Source of the DNA: Bdellovibrionota bacterium
GTDB lineage: Bacteria; Bdellovibrionota_C; UBA2361; OMII01
Direction: 5' to 3'
DNA: 64,000 nucleotides
NCBI GenBank assembly: GCA_044345405.1
Contig: JBIJBE010000011.1
Coordinates: forward strand, 21,212-85,211
Position numbers and translations under genes: made by a program. The notes under the pieces are model-generated. The model was not told the DNA's origin, searched no databases, and worked only from the letters and a program-made list of their open reading frames with translations. How positions within the stretch are numbered: the stretch's first letter is position 1; each line of letters begins with the position of its first letter. This document shows positions 1 through 9,828 of this stretch, in pieces.

Positions 1-2214
1 TCGGTCGTAGAATTTCTTGAGGAAGTAACTGCCCTCTTGGTCGGCGAACTTGCTGAGAAAGTGCATTCGCACAGGGTCAGCTCGTCCGCTGTCATTCTCG
101 CTCTTCGCCGTTCTCGTCTTGGTATTAGCCGCGACGGTGATCTTAGAGGCGTGTGTCGCGCTCTTCGTCGAGCTGCTGAGCTTCAATCCCATGTGATAGA
201 CGTAGTATCGGGAGATATCCCGCATCAGTCGCACGAATGGGAGATTGATCGAGTGGGTGAGCGCTTCCTGGATCGTTGGATTCTTGCCGTTGTCCTCCTT
301 CTTGAAGTTCACGAAGGTGTGCATGCCACCGCCAGTAAAGAATGACTCCCCGGGATTCGCGGAGTAGCGTCGTTGGAGCGCGGCGTTAAGAAGTTGGGGG
401 AGGGTGATCTTTGGGTTCTTTATGAACTCAGAGAGCGCGAAGCGAGAGATGGGGTCGAGATCTCGCGTGTTCGTGGCCCTGATTTGAGCTGGAAGCATCT
501 TCGAGTATTGATCGTGAAGATCGCCGACGATGTCGAGATACGTCGTAAGCGTTCTGAGCTTCGCGGTTGAGCCCAGGTCAAGGCGGGTACCCTCGTTAAT
601 ACTGAAAGGGTTGTCAAAGTTATCGGTTTGTACACGAAGCACGTTCGCGTTCCCCACGCGTTCGTAGAGGGTCAGGCTATATATAACCTTCGAAGGATCT
701 CCCCGATCAAGATTCCGCGCTCCACTCAGTCCGAACTTCTTCACGCTCTCGGCGTCCTTAATTTGGCGAAGAACCGAGGTCACGCCCTCATTGGCCTCGT
801 TGTCCATGGTGCTGCGCACGGTAAGATCGGCTTGGTCGAGGTCGTAGAGTTGGGGATACTGCATCAGTTGAAGAAGTCGGGTGCGAATAGCGTTGGCGGC
901 TTTTCGTTGAACAAACGAGACCTGAGTGGTCTTCGGCGCGGCGCGACGAAGGGTGAGCTTAACCTCCTTGGCGGCGTCTCGAAGTTTGGTGGATATCACG
1001 CCCTCTTTAGCGAGGAGATCAAGATAGGTATTCGTCAAAGAGTTTAACTCAGAGAGTCCGGCGATGAGGTAAAAGCTCGGACGACGGTGCGCGATGAAAA
1101 GGCTCAGCATCTGCTTATAGCTCTCCGCGTGCGCGGTGAGATCTTTGCTCTCTTGCTTTTGGCTGAGCGCGGTCAGTTTGGCGTTAATCTCCTGGAAGTC
1201 GGCGCCGAACCACGCCCACATACCATCCCCGAGGCCGTTGACCTCGCCATAACCCCGAAGCGCGGCGAGCGGAATCGAGTTGATGTAATTAAGAGTGATG
1301 GTCTTTCGAGTCTCAAGGGTATTCCGTCCATACATGTACGCGCGCAAACTCGCGGACGCCATCTGACGGAACTTATCTTTAATGCCTTTGGTGCGGCCTT
1401 CTTTTGAGTGACGGTACTTTTCCAGCTGGGTCGCGATCGTGCTTCCGCCTGGGGCGTTAATGTCAGGTTTGATGATCTGTTTCAGCTTCTCAAGGATAGC
1501 CAATCCGAATCGATCCCACTCAACGGCGGGATTCTTGTACGGGTACGTTTGATCAAGGATCTCTTTGTTCTCGATGAAGAGCAGAGACTTCACGATGATC
1601 TCTGGAATCGAATCGAACGACTCGTATACGCGCTCGGGACGATACATTGAATAGATCGTGGTGTTGTTTCTGTCGAGGATCGTGAGACCCGCTCGAGTCT
1701 TCTCAGGATAGGGCGGAAACAATCCCATATCCGCGAGTTGTTTGAAGCGTTTCGAAAAACGGGTCTGCTCCGCGATCTGGAAGCCGTTGTTCGCGAGATT
1801 CTCGATCATCGATTTGATACGAGTGTAGCCGAGACGCTGATCGTATGGGCCGTAACTCGGATAGTACGGCTCAGGGTTTGGGCCCTTCTCGAGACGGTAG
1901 GTCGCCTGCGATGCGATCTTGGTGAGGTACATTGATTGCCAGTACGAGGTCTTGAGCTCAAACACGAGGAGCATTCCCAGCACGATCCAGAGAGGAGCCG
2001 TGATGAAGAGGAATTTCACCGCGCGCCGTTGGACTTTCGCCAGGAGGCTTTTCAGGCGAGTCCTCAAGGGGATCTGAAGTGGGGTGACCTTGGAACCATC
2101 GGCGGAAAGGTCTGGTGTGGGAGGGACAGAGAGGTCGTTGAGGCGCAACGGCACCACCTTGCTCTTTGTGGGCTCGTCCGGCTTTTTGTTTTTCGTAGAG
2201 GTCTTGTCTGTCAC
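1..2214 (-). CDS. Transglycosylase (GT51) / penicillin-binding-protein-like protein, 3' end runs off the window
   Basis: Absent from the ORF track because its stop is outside the window. Manual minus-strand translation from GTG 2214 gives an N-terminal TM segment, GPYDQRLGY, SLLFIENKE, GGSTIATQLEKYRHS (GT51 motif), DLGSTAK (SxxK) and FFTGGGMHTF. The start is uncertain; the frame is open up to 2292. Confidence 0.85.
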   Translation of the reverse strand, partial: MTDKTSTKNKKPDEPTKSKVVPLRLNDLSVPPTPDLSADGSKVTPLQIPLRTRLKSLLAKVQRRAVKFLFITAPLWIVLGMLLVFELKTSYWQSMYLTKIASQATYRLEKGPNPEPYYPSYGPYDQRLGYTRIKSMIENLANNGFQIAEQTRFSKRFKQLADMGLFPPYPEKTRAGLTILDRNNTTIYSMYRPERVYESFDSIPEIIVKSLLFIENKEILDQTYPYKNPAVEWDRFGLAILEKLKQIIKPDINAPGGSTIATQLEKYRHSKEGRTKGIKDKFRQMASASLRAYMYGRNTLETRKTITLNYINSIPLAALRGYGEVNGLGDGMWAWFGADFQEINAKLTALSQKQESKDLTAHAESYKQMLSLFIAHRRPSFYLIAGLSELNSLTNTYLDLLAKEGVISTKLRDAAKEVKLTLRRAAPKTTQVSFVQRKAANAIRTRLLQLMQYPQLYDLDQADLTVRSTMDNEANEGVTSVLRQIKDAESVKKFGLSGARNLDRGDPSKVIYSLTLYERVGNANVLRVQTDNFDNPFSINEGTRLDLGSTAKLRTLTTYLDIVGDLHDQYSKMLPAQIRATNTRDLDPISRFALSEFIKNPKITLPQLLNAALQRRYSANPGESFFTGGGMHTFVNFKKEDNGKNPTIQEALTHSINLPFVRLMRDISRYYVYHMGLKLSSSTKSATHASKITVAANTKTRTAKSENDSGRADPVRMHFLSKFADQEGSYFLKKFYDR

Positions 2215-2423
2215 GGGATTAACGAGAAAGAGGCCAACAACTTCTAGATGCTTAGTAATTTCCCTTAGGATCGCCTGTGCCGAAAGAAGTACTTACATTA
2301 CAGCAAAAAAACTTAGGGCTCCTTGTGGAGGTAGGTGTTGAGGGGTAGGTTGTATCCTCGTCGCTCGTCGAAACGGATGTGACGGGGCTACCCAAAAGCG
2401 AGTGAAATCCGTAGTCTGAAACA

Positions 2424-3572
2424 ATGTCTCCAAGCGAACTCTCTATCCTTAATACCTTTGACCATCGGCCAACCTGCGCTGAGGTTGACCTCGGTATCTT
2501 GCGGGAAAATCTTAACGCTATCAGGGCCTTTGTGTCCCCAAGCAAGATCATGGCGGTCGTCAAGGCCAACGGCTACGGGCACGGATTAGAGCGAACGGCG
2601 CTCTGCCTGCAAGGGGCGGGGGTGGATTCCCTCGGGGTGGCGTACATCGAAGAGGCGATCGCCCTTCGTCAGAGTGGGATCACGATCCCCATCCTCGTCT
2701 TTGGCGGACTCCTGCAGGACCAACTCGAACTTTATATCAAACACGATATTGATGTTACCGCGTCCTCGGTCAGTAAGTTGGAGCAGATTGAGTCAACCGC
2801 GCAGCGACTCAAACGGCGCGCGAGGGTGCACCTGAAGATAGACACCGGTCTTGAGCGCATAGGAGTACACTACTACAGCGCGGATAAGCTCTTTGACGCC
2901 GCGCTTCGCGCGCGACACTCCGATGTTGTTGGCGTGTACTCGCACTTCGCCGATGTTAACTTGGGAGACCTGAAGATCGCTGAGGTGCAGCTTGAGCGGT
3001 TTCTCTCCGCGCTTCGGTACTATGAAGATCGAGCCAACCAACCCTTTTTGAGACACATCGCCTCTTCGAGTGGCTTGATGGCGATCAAGTCGAGTCATCT
3101 CGATATGGTGCGACCGGGGCTCTCGCTCTATGGGGTCTATCCTGGTCCCGGCTACTCATCGATCGTCTCGGTGAAACCCGCCCTGACTCTCAAGAGCCAG
3201 GTCGTCTATTTCAAAGTTGTGAAGAAGGGTGCCGGAGTCAGTTACGGGCACACCTGGTTCGCGCCTGAAGATACTCGCCTAGTCACCGTGCCGATCGGAT
3301 ATGGAGACGGCTACCTTCGCGCACTCTCTAATAAAGCCTCGGTCATTATTCGGGGGAAAAAGTCACCGGTTGTTGGTGTCGTGTGCATGGATCAGCTCAT
3401 GGTGAATCTCGGGCCAAACGGGATCGGGTACAACGGCGACGACGTCATCCTCATCGGAGAGTCCGATGGCGAGCGTGTTTCCGTTGAGGAGCTCGCGGGC
3501 CTTATCGGCACAACGCCGCACGAAATCTTGGTGTCGTTGAATCAGCGGATTCCGCGGGTGTATCGGGGGTAA
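2424..3572 (+). CDS. alr: Alanine racemase
   Basis: AVVKANGYGHG PLP-lysine motif, HLKIDTG, VRPGLSLYG, PIGYGDG, CMDQ. Confidence 0.97.
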   Translation: MSPSELSILNTFDHRPTCAEVDLGILRENLNAIRAFVSPSKIMAVVKANGYGHGLERTALCLQGAGVDSLGVAYIEEAIALRQSGITIPILVFGGLLQDQLELYIKHDIDVTASSVSKLEQIESTAQRLKRRARVHLKIDTGLERIGVHYYSADKLFDAALRARHSDVVGVYSHFADVNLGDLKIAEVQLERFLSALRYYEDRANQPFLRHIASSSGLMAIKSSHLDMVRPGLSLYGVYPGPGYSSIVSVKPALTLKSQVVYFKVVKKGAGVSYGHTWFAPEDTRLVTVPIGYGDGYLRALSNKASVIIRGKKSPVVGVVCMDQLMVNLGPNGIGYNGDDVILIGESDGERVSVEELAGLIGTTPHEILVSLNQRIPRVYRG

Positions 3573-3582
3573 ACGTCGAGCT

Positions 3583-3657
3583 CGCACGAAGGGAGGGCGA
3601 CCAGCTTGTCCCTCGTAGCGGAGCGAAGCGGGATCCTGGTCGCCCTCCCGTCGTGCG
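3583..3657. repeat. REP-like inverted repeat with loop insertion, between convergent alr and mgsA; probable bidirectional terminator
   Basis: Arms cgcacga-a-gggagggcgacca and tggtcgccctccc-g-tcgtgcg surround a ~30 bp insert. Confidence 0.85.
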
Positions 3658-3681
3658 GGTTCAGGTAGGCTTAACCCTACA

Positions 3682-4125
3682 CTACTTCTCCACCCGCCGC
3701 GCGTACACCTTGCTCATCAATTCACTGGTGACAATAAACTCAGCCGACGCTCGGTTGCAGGCGATCGGGATCTCGTAGAGCGCCGCAATGCGAAGTAACG
3801 CCTTCACATCGGGGTCATGCGGTTGCGAGGTGAGCGGGTCCCAGAAAAAGAAGAGGATATCGATCTTCTCCTCGACGATCATCGCGCCGATCTGTTGGTC
3901 ACCGCCTAATGGTCCCGATAGGCACTTCGTAACAGGAAGACCGGTCGCGGTTTCAAGGTATCTTCCCGTTGTTCCGGTGGCATACAAATCATGTTGAGCG
4001 AATATCGCTTTGTGTTTCTGCGCCCAGTCGCACATCTCACGCTTCTTCGCGTCGTGCGCGACGAGCGCGATACGCTTCTTGGCTGGTAGGGGGGCGAGGG
4101 GGTGATCAAACGTTATGATGCTCAT
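3682..4125 (-). CDS. mgsA: Methylglyoxal synthase
   Basis: IALVAHDAKK, ATGTTG, SGPLGGDQQIG, FFWDPL..QPHDPDVKALLR. Confidence 0.97.
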   Translation of the reverse strand: MSIITFDHPLAPLPAKKRIALVAHDAKKREMCDWAQKHKAIFAQHDLYATGTTGRYLETATGLPVTKCLSGPLGGDQQIGAMIVEEKIDILFFFWDPLTSQPHDPDVKALLRIAALYEIPIACNRASAEFIVTSELMSKVYARRVEK

Positions 4126-4166
4126 GGGGCAACCTTAGCGGTCTTAACCCCGATGTGCCAGATCTC

Positions 4167-4943
4167 TCACGCTGGTCGCGTGGTTTTGGCGGTGATGATC
4201 GCGGTAACGACGGCTAGCTCTGATCGGAGGACCTGGTGTCCAAGAGATGCCGCCTTGAATCCTTGGTGGTAGAGGGTTTGCAACTCATCGGGTGTGAGAT
4301 CTCCCTCTGGACCGATGACGATGCAGATTGAGCTTCCTGGTTGAAGGTGAGGTGTCAGCTCCTCAAGCGGAGGCGCCTGGTGCTCGAGTGAGCAGCACAC
4401 CTTGAGAATGTTTTCCGAAGTGGGAAGATGAGAGAGTGCGCTCTTTAAGGAGGTTTCGACCCTCACGTTTGGGGGCCTTGCCTGACGACTCTGTTGCGCC
4501 GCCGCAATAGCCGCCTTCGTGAACTTCTGGGCTTTGACGTGTGCGTCCCCCTCGCTTTTTAATCGAACGATACTGCGTTGGGCCTGCCAGAAAATTATTT
4601 GAGAGCATCCGAGTTCGGTCGCCCAGTCGGTGATCAGTTCATTCTTCTCTCCCTTGCACAGAGCGCAGAGAAGGATGATGGAGAGGTCCGTCGTGGTCGT
4701 GTCTAATTTTCCGATTACTGAGAGCGTAACGCCGTCGGTGATCGAGGCGATAGATGCGGTAAAGGTCTCGCCGGAGTCAGGGTCTCCGATCTCCACGATT
4801 GCGCCCACGGGTAAACGCAGTACGTCTCTAAGGTAGTGGCTATCGTTGGGGGGGAGGGGGAAGAGGGAGTTTGGTTCTACGGCGCCTCGCTTGTGTAATC
4901 CCTCAACGAAAAGGCGAGGTCCTTTGCACTCACGAGGCGCCAT
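4167..4943 (-). CDS. rsmE: 16S rRNA m3U1498 methyltransferase
   Basis: HYLRDVLRL, ATELG, AAQQS, IGPEGD, LGHQVLRSE. Confidence 0.93.
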   Translation of the reverse strand: MAPRECKGPRLFVEGLHKRGAVEPNSLFPLPPNDSHYLRDVLRLPVGAIVEIGDPDSGETFTASIASITDGVTLSVIGKLDTTTTDLSIILLCALCKGEKNELITDWATELGCSQIIFWQAQRSIVRLKSEGDAHVKAQKFTKAAIAAAQQSRQARPPNVRVETSLKSALSHLPTSENILKVCCSLEHQAPPLEELTPHLQPGSSICIVIGPEGDLTPDELQTLYHQGFKAASLGHQVLRSELAVVTAIITAKTTRPA

Positions 4944-4973
4944 AATGCTTTGGTCAAAAGTCTTTGATGGATA

Positions 4974-5585
4974 CTACTTCTTACGAAGGCCCATCTTCTC
5001 AAGGCGCTGAGCGAGGTATCCGATCTTGTCGTAACCTACGATGCGCTCACCGCTCTCGAATACGAAGGTCGGAGTATCGAATACGCCGAGCTTGCGTCCA
5101 CGCTTGTAGATCCCCTTCACACGCTCGCGGGTGTCTGAGGAGGAAACCTTGCTCAAGAAATCGCCGAGGTCGATATCGAGATCGTCGCAGAGCTCGTTCA
5201 TGAAGGAATCCTCATTCGGATTCTCTCCAAGGCCCCACCACTTGTTGAATACCTTGATGTTGTACTCCATGAGAACGCCCATATCGTTGGCGATGAGAGC
5301 GCCACGAGTAAGACGTCCTGGATCGTGTTCTACCTCTGGCCAGCCCTCTGGGTAGACAAGGGAAAGGGACCGCTCCTCAGCGAGGCGCTTAGTGTCCTCG
5401 AAGAGGTAGGAAAGCTTATCAGGAAGGATGCCTTGCTGAGGAACCGGTTGTCCGGAAGCCTTAGCTGAAAAAGGTTGCCAGAGGAGCTCTACATCGTACT
5501 TCTCAGCGATGTCGTACACAGGGTCGAGCGCGAGGTAGGAATACGGGCTCTGGAACGAATAAAAAACTTCAACATTCACCGTCAT
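4974..5585 (-). CDS. DsbA family / 2-hydroxychromene-2-carboxylate isomerase-like protein
   Basis: FYSFQSPYSYLA at the N-terminus and GVFDTPTF at the C-terminus. Confidence 0.85.
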   Translation of the reverse strand: MTVNVEVFYSFQSPYSYLALDPVYDIAEKYDVELLWQPFSAKASGQPVPQQGILPDKLSYLFEDTKRLAEERSLSLVYPEGWPEVEHDPGRLTRGALIANDMGVLMEYNIKVFNKWWGLGENPNEDSFMNELCDDLDIDLGDFLSKVSSSDTRERVKGIYKRGRKLGVFDTPTFVFESGERIVGYDKIGYLAQRLEKMGLRKK

Positions 5586-5821
5586 AAGCTCACTTTAACT
5601 ATAGAAAAACACTCTCCGTTATCCGCGTTACGAGACGCGTTTGAAACGAACGACGGGGCACACCCCGCTACCAGATTGTGTTGTCTGAGCTTGTTAGGGA
5701 AGGGCACCGCGCATGACGAGCACCCCCTAGAGGCGCATCTTCACGGCTGGCAGCCCTCGTGGTGTAGACCATCGAACTGGCCATGAAGGTAGTCGGATTT
5801 CCGTGAGTTTGCAAGGATATC

Positions 5822-5851
5822 TTGCTTGTTTCGCACAAGAATCGGTAAGTT
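5822..5851 (+). promoter_or_regulatory. Putative sigma70 promoter for the 6S-like RNA / metF
   Basis: TTGCTT-18 bp-TAAGTT directly upstream of the long hairpin. Confidence 0.3.
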
Positions 5852-5857
5852 CAGTTC

Positions 5858-6005
5858 GGCCCTCTTCAGGCGGTAGCCAGATGGGCCCGTATAAGATAGG
5901 GTTAGTATCTTCATGGACTTACGGGGTTCTCTGCCCCATGGTTATTCAACCACGTCGTGAAGACCCGCCGCGGGGTACGAGGACTCTCTCCCGCCGCCTA
6001 AAGTT
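5858..6005 (+). ncRNA. ssrS: Candidate 6S RNA (long hairpin with central bubble)
   Basis: Closing stem 5864-5873/5994-6003; inner stem 5908-5916/5955-5963; central bubble GGGCCC-GTATAAGATA-GGGT opposite ACCC-GCCGCG-GGGTAC resembles the 6S bubble consensus. Shorter than typical 6S RNAs. Confidence 0.5.
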
Positions 6006-6021
6006 GTGAAGGTGTTTTGTT

Positions 6022-6957
6022 TTGAGTGTGATGACTACGACGAAGGGAATCGAGCGGCTTCTCCCCCCTGGTATCCGGACCGACCGGCCGCTGTTGTGTG
6101 TTGAGATTAACCCTCCTCGGGGATGCGATGTCGATGCCATTGTGAAGCGATATGAGAGTGTTCGAGGTATCGACTTCCTAAATATTACTGATAGCGCCCT
6201 CGCGAAGATGAAGCTCTCATCGCTCGCGTTCGCTTCGATCATTAAGCACCGCTTAGGGATCGAACCCGTCGTTAACGTGTCATGTCGAGATCGCAACGTC
6301 ATCGCGCTGCAGTCAGATCTCTTAGGGGCGTGGGCTCTTGGCGTTCGTTCTATTGTGGCGCTTACCGGAGACGCGGTCACGGTGGGTGACCTGCCTGAGG
6401 CGAAGGGTGTGTTCGAGGTTAACTCCGTCGGATTGCTCAACCTGATCGCCACGCTCAACCAAGGTCGAGATCTCGCCGGTAATGAGTTAAAGGGACATCC
6501 CGCGTACACGCCAGGCGTCGTGGTAAATCCGAATGTGAAAAATCCGAACGCCGAAATTAAGCGGCTGCTTCGAAAGAAGGAGGCCGGAGCGGTATACGCG
6601 TTGAGTCAGCCTGTATTTGACCCGGAGCAGGCTTGCGCGTTCTTCGAGGCGGCGTCGAGCGTTGGCATCGATCTCTTTGTTGGTCTTCTCCCCTTTAAGT
6701 CTGTACAATCGTTCGAGGGGATTTCGAAAGTTCCGGGCATCAAGATTCCAGAGGCCGTGGCGCAGAAGGTTCGCGCGGTCGCCCCTGAGAAGGTAGGGGA
6801 GACCTCCCTCGAGGTCGCGATGGAGGTCGCCGAGCGCGTGAAGCCGTTCGTTCGAGGGTTTCACGTTGTGAGTGGTGGCTCGCCCCTTCTTGCCTTAGAT
6901 TTGTGCCAGCGATTATCAGATTGGATTGAACGTTCGTTAGTAAAGGAAGTGGTATGA
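6022..6957 (+). CDS. metF: Methylenetetrahydrofolate reductase (MetF/YitJ-type MTHFR domain)
   Basis: VEINPPRG, NITDS, SCRDRNVIALQSDLLGA, ALTGD, KKEAGA, SQPVFD. ATG 6031 is an alternative start. Confidence 0.88.
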   Translation: MSVMTTTKGIERLLPPGIRTDRPLLCVEINPPRGCDVDAIVKRYESVRGIDFLNITDSALAKMKLSSLAFASIIKHRLGIEPVVNVSCRDRNVIALQSDLLGAWALGVRSIVALTGDAVTVGDLPEAKGVFEVNSVGLLNLIATLNQGRDLAGNELKGHPAYTPGVVVNPNVKNPNAEIKRLLRKKEAGAVYALSQPVFDPEQACAFFEAASSVGIDLFVGLLPFKSVQSFEGISKVPGIKIPEAVAQKVRAVAPEKVGETSLEVAMEVAERVKPFVRGFHVVSGGSPLLALDLCQRLSDWIERSLVKEVV

Positions 6958-7538
6958 AGCGTCGCGAAGAGATGTCGTTTCTTGAGAAGATCTATGTTGT
7001 GGAGATCTTCAAGGGCCTCACCATCACGTACGGTAGATTGCTGAAGAATCTTTGGCTGCACACCCTTGAGTTTTTTGGCGTGAAGCTTACTGAAGGACCT
7101 GGCGTGGCCATTCAGTATCCCAACGAGCGTCGCGCCTATCCCGCCCGTTATCGTGGCCGTCACCGGCTCACGCTCTACGACAATGGTGATGTGAAGTGTA
7201 CCTCCTGTTTCCTCTGCGCGACCGCGTGTCCCGCTCGGTGTATTTACATCGAGGCGTGTGAGCACGAGGATCCGAGCGTCGAGAAGTTTCCGAAGCGCTA
7301 CGAGATCGATACCCTCCTGTGTATCTACTGCGGCTACTGCGTTGAGGCGTGTCCCGTTGACGCGATTCGCATGGATACCGGTCTTCACCCTGAGGTGTAC
7401 CCAGCGGATCCTCGACTCTTCATCGAGGATAAGGAGACCCTCATGGAGCGCTCCCGTATCCTTGATGATCAGGGTCCAGAGCGTCTCTACGAGATGCACA
7501 TGAAGCGTATGCAGGACCTTGAAAAGGTTACCTTCTAA
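6954..7538 (+). CDS. nuoI: NADH-quinone oxidoreductase subunit I-like 2x[4Fe-4S] protein
   Basis: IQYPNE..RYRGRHRL, CTSCFLCATACP, CIYCGYCVEACPVDAI; ATGA overlap with metF. Confidence 0.92.
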   Translation: MKRREEMSFLEKIYVVEIFKGLTITYGRLLKNLWLHTLEFFGVKLTEGPGVAIQYPNERRAYPARYRGRHRLTLYDNGDVKCTSCFLCATACPARCIYIEACEHEDPSVEKFPKRYEIDTLLCIYCGYCVEACPVDAIRMDTGLHPEVYPADPRLFIEDKETLMERSRILDDQGPERLYEMHMKRMQDLEKVTF

Positions 7539-7560
7539 GCGTAGGGCACGGTAACGATAG

Positions 7561-8973
7561 ATGGCTTATCGCCGCGTATCCGCTGGTATTCGTAATCGAA
7601 GCTACGTAGCTATCAAAACGTTGAGTTTTGTCGCCTCGATTGTGGCGCCAATTTTGGCGTACGCGTCGCCGGTGACCGCTCCTGAAGGGGTCGGGCCACT
7701 CCCAGACCTTCAAGGTGGCGCCAAGACGGGCGCTCTCGTTACCAAGGGCTACATCGACAAGTACCGCTCCGTGATCCCTCCCGAACTCGCCGAGCTCGTT
7801 GATCAAAATGAGTTCGCCTTCGAGGCGGTGTTGCGACCCAAGAGCGGCGATCTTCTGGGCGAGCCTCAAACCGCGAGCTCTTCCCAGTACTCGGTTGATG
7901 ACAAGGGTGGGATATCGCCCTCACCCGTGAGCGCGCCGGGACTTTTCCTTACGGTGCCGGAGAGTGATGCGGAGTATCTTGAACCGAAGACGTTCGGTTG
8001 GCGGATCTTGTGGAACACCACCGTTGCTCAGTGGCGTCTGAAATCCTTCGCGGCGACGACGAGCCTTGTAACCTTTGCCGCGGGCTCCAACGAGGGCAAG
8101 CGAGTTGATTTCTCGGTTAGTCGCATCTATCCACCCGCGCTCGGACAATCTCCCGGTACGTTAAAGCCTATGTTTCGGGAGAAGATATCGGCTTTGAATC
8201 CGCAACCGTTGCTGGGGCTTACCTGGTTGACGTTGCGATTCCTCGGAGCCTCAGCCGATTACATGTGGGCAGCCTCTCCAATTAACGGACAGGTGCGACA
8301 GATGACGGGAAGTAATCGAGCGGACTCACTCTTTAGCGGCGCGTTTTCTCCCGATGATCTCTTTGTATGGTCCGGTAAGGTGGAAGGTGTGGAGCCATCA
8401 TCGGTGAAGCTCGTGAAGATGCTCGTTCCGGTCGTGGAAGGAGCTCCCACCGCTCAATCCACGAACAATGACGTGTGTGGCTCAACTGATTTCTCAAAAA
8501 CATCCCCGATCGATCTGAACTTCTCAACGCAGCGGTTCGCGGAACTGCCAGGTTGGATTCCCACGAACGTGCGCATGACCCTGCGCTCGTTGTGGCGTAT
8601 CGAGATGACGACACGAGACCCGTTCTCGCTCGATGCTCGGCAAACTCTCTACGTGGACGCGGAGACGATGCTGCCCGTCTATCGAGTCATCTGGGAGCAG
8701 GATGGACGGATGAAGAAGTTCGTCATGGGAATTCTTGGACGCGTTCCTACGCGTGAAGGAAACGGCCCGGGATGGCGCGGACAGATGATGATTGTACCTG
8801 GCGCGGCGAGCCGATCGGTTCTCACCCTCCAAAGGCTTGAGACCTGCTCTCAGCTCATTCCAGGAAGAAACATTATAGACTTTGATCCGAGCTCGATCGG
8901 AACCAAGTCATCTAAGGTCAAAGGCACACCCACCCCGGAGCCGGAGGTTGAGGTCGAGCCGGTTGATGAGTAA
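7561..8973 (+). CDS. DUF1329-like exported protein
   Basis: Signal-like N-terminus, 'IDKYRSVIPPEL', 'QVRQMTGSNRAD..FSPDDLFVWSGK', 'LYVDAET' resemble the DUF1329 family. Confidence 0.65.
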   Translation: MAYRRVSAGIRNRSYVAIKTLSFVASIVAPILAYASPVTAPEGVGPLPDLQGGAKTGALVTKGYIDKYRSVIPPELAELVDQNEFAFEAVLRPKSGDLLGEPQTASSSQYSVDDKGGISPSPVSAPGLFLTVPESDAEYLEPKTFGWRILWNTTVAQWRLKSFAATTSLVTFAAGSNEGKRVDFSVSRIYPPALGQSPGTLKPMFREKISALNPQPLLGLTWLTLRFLGASADYMWAASPINGQVRQMTGSNRADSLFSGAFSPDDLFVWSGKVEGVEPSSVKLVKMLVPVVEGAPTAQSTNNDVCGSTDFSKTSPIDLNFSTQRFAELPGWIPTNVRMTLRSLWRIEMTTRDPFSLDARQTLYVDAETMLPVYRVIWEQDGRMKKFVMGILGRVPTREGNGPGWRGQMMIVPGAASRSVLTLQRLETCSQLIPGRNIIDFDPSSIGTKSSKVKGTPTPEPEVEVEPVDE

Positions 8974-8978
8974 TCGTT

Positions 8979-9425
8979 CTACTTAACCCGTCGAAGGTGT
9001 GTCGCGGTACGGCGTGGCTTCATCGCTGGAGGCGGCATATACCGCTCTTGGCGAGTCGTCATCGCGCGGCGCTCGTCGCGTTGCGAGAGGAACATGTGCA
9101 GGATCTCATCTGGAGCTGATTCCGCCCAGAGATACTCCTGACCACGAATTGAAGAAGCTCCCCAGATGCAATCCCAGGGAAGGACGCAGGTAAAGTACTC
9201 CGGTCCAAAGAGAAGCTCAGCGGTCACCTTCTCATCATCAAGGAAGAGGTCTCCCTTGAAAAAGCGGCTGAGCCGAAGGGTGACCGTCTTATTTTCTGAG
9301 AGGTGTGGAGGAATAACGACCCCGTCGGTCGCGGGGTTGATGTGCACGAGCACCTGCTCGTCATCGAGCAATCGCTCGATGGTTGTCTTTTGGTCGGCGG
9401 CGGAGTCTTTATCTGGTGTCATCAT
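8979..9425 (-). CDS. sspB: ClpXP specificity-enhancing factor SspB family protein
   Basis: GVVIPPHL, LLFG..FTCVLPWDCIW, C-terminal HLRRVK ClpX-binding-like tail. Confidence 0.8.
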   Translation of the reverse strand: MMTPDKDSAADQKTTIERLLDDEQVLVHINPATDGVVIPPHLSENKTVTLRLSRFFKGDLFLDDEKVTAELLFGPEYFTCVLPWDCIWGASSIRGQEYLWAESAPDEILHMFLSQRDERRAMTTRQERYMPPPAMKPRRTATHLRRVK

Positions 9426-9681
9426 GGAAACGAGTCCTTGAGTTTGAGTCCAATCCCTGGAAGCTTGTTTTTGTTCACATCCTCACAACGAGGTACTGAC
9501 AGAGAGGGGCGCTAAATCCTTGATTGAACCGTGTTTTACGAACACCGCGCCCCATCTCAACGGCTTCAGGTTCACCCCTTATAGATGCGACCTGTGCGAA
9601 ATGAGCTTCGATTGTTTGTGAGGCCATGAATCTTGTGTGGATACAGGCGGGTAGGGGGCGTTCTCCACGCCGGGCACTATC

Positions 9682-9775
9682 GGAGGGCGACCATTCCTGG
9701 TCGCCGAAAGGTTGCGCCCAGTGAATGAACGTTGCCCTACGCAACGATATGGCGCTCAGGAACGAGCGCCCTCCC
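9682..9775. repeat. REPIN-like element (two inverted REP hairpins)
   Basis: ggagggcgaccattcctggtcgcc ... ggcgctcaggaacgagcgccctccc, with inner inverted repeat gttgcg/cgcaac. Confidence 0.85.
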
Positions 9776-9828
9776 AGATCTCGGGTCCGAACGATTAACC
9801 CGCCACGGATACCCACCCTCCCCAATCC

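Noticed and set aside
37-2341. Series of plus-strand ORFs in the track
   Set aside because: They are antisense shadows of the minus-strand GT51/PBP gene, which has clear family motifs.
5600-6020. SAM/SAH/THF riboswitch upstream of metF
   Set aside because: No recognisable core motifs of these classes; the fold fits a 6S-like hairpin better.
9465-9645. DnaA-box-like words (ttgttcaca, tgtggatac) suggesting oriC
   Set aside because: Only two imperfect matches, with no AT-rich unwinding element or origin-associated genes.
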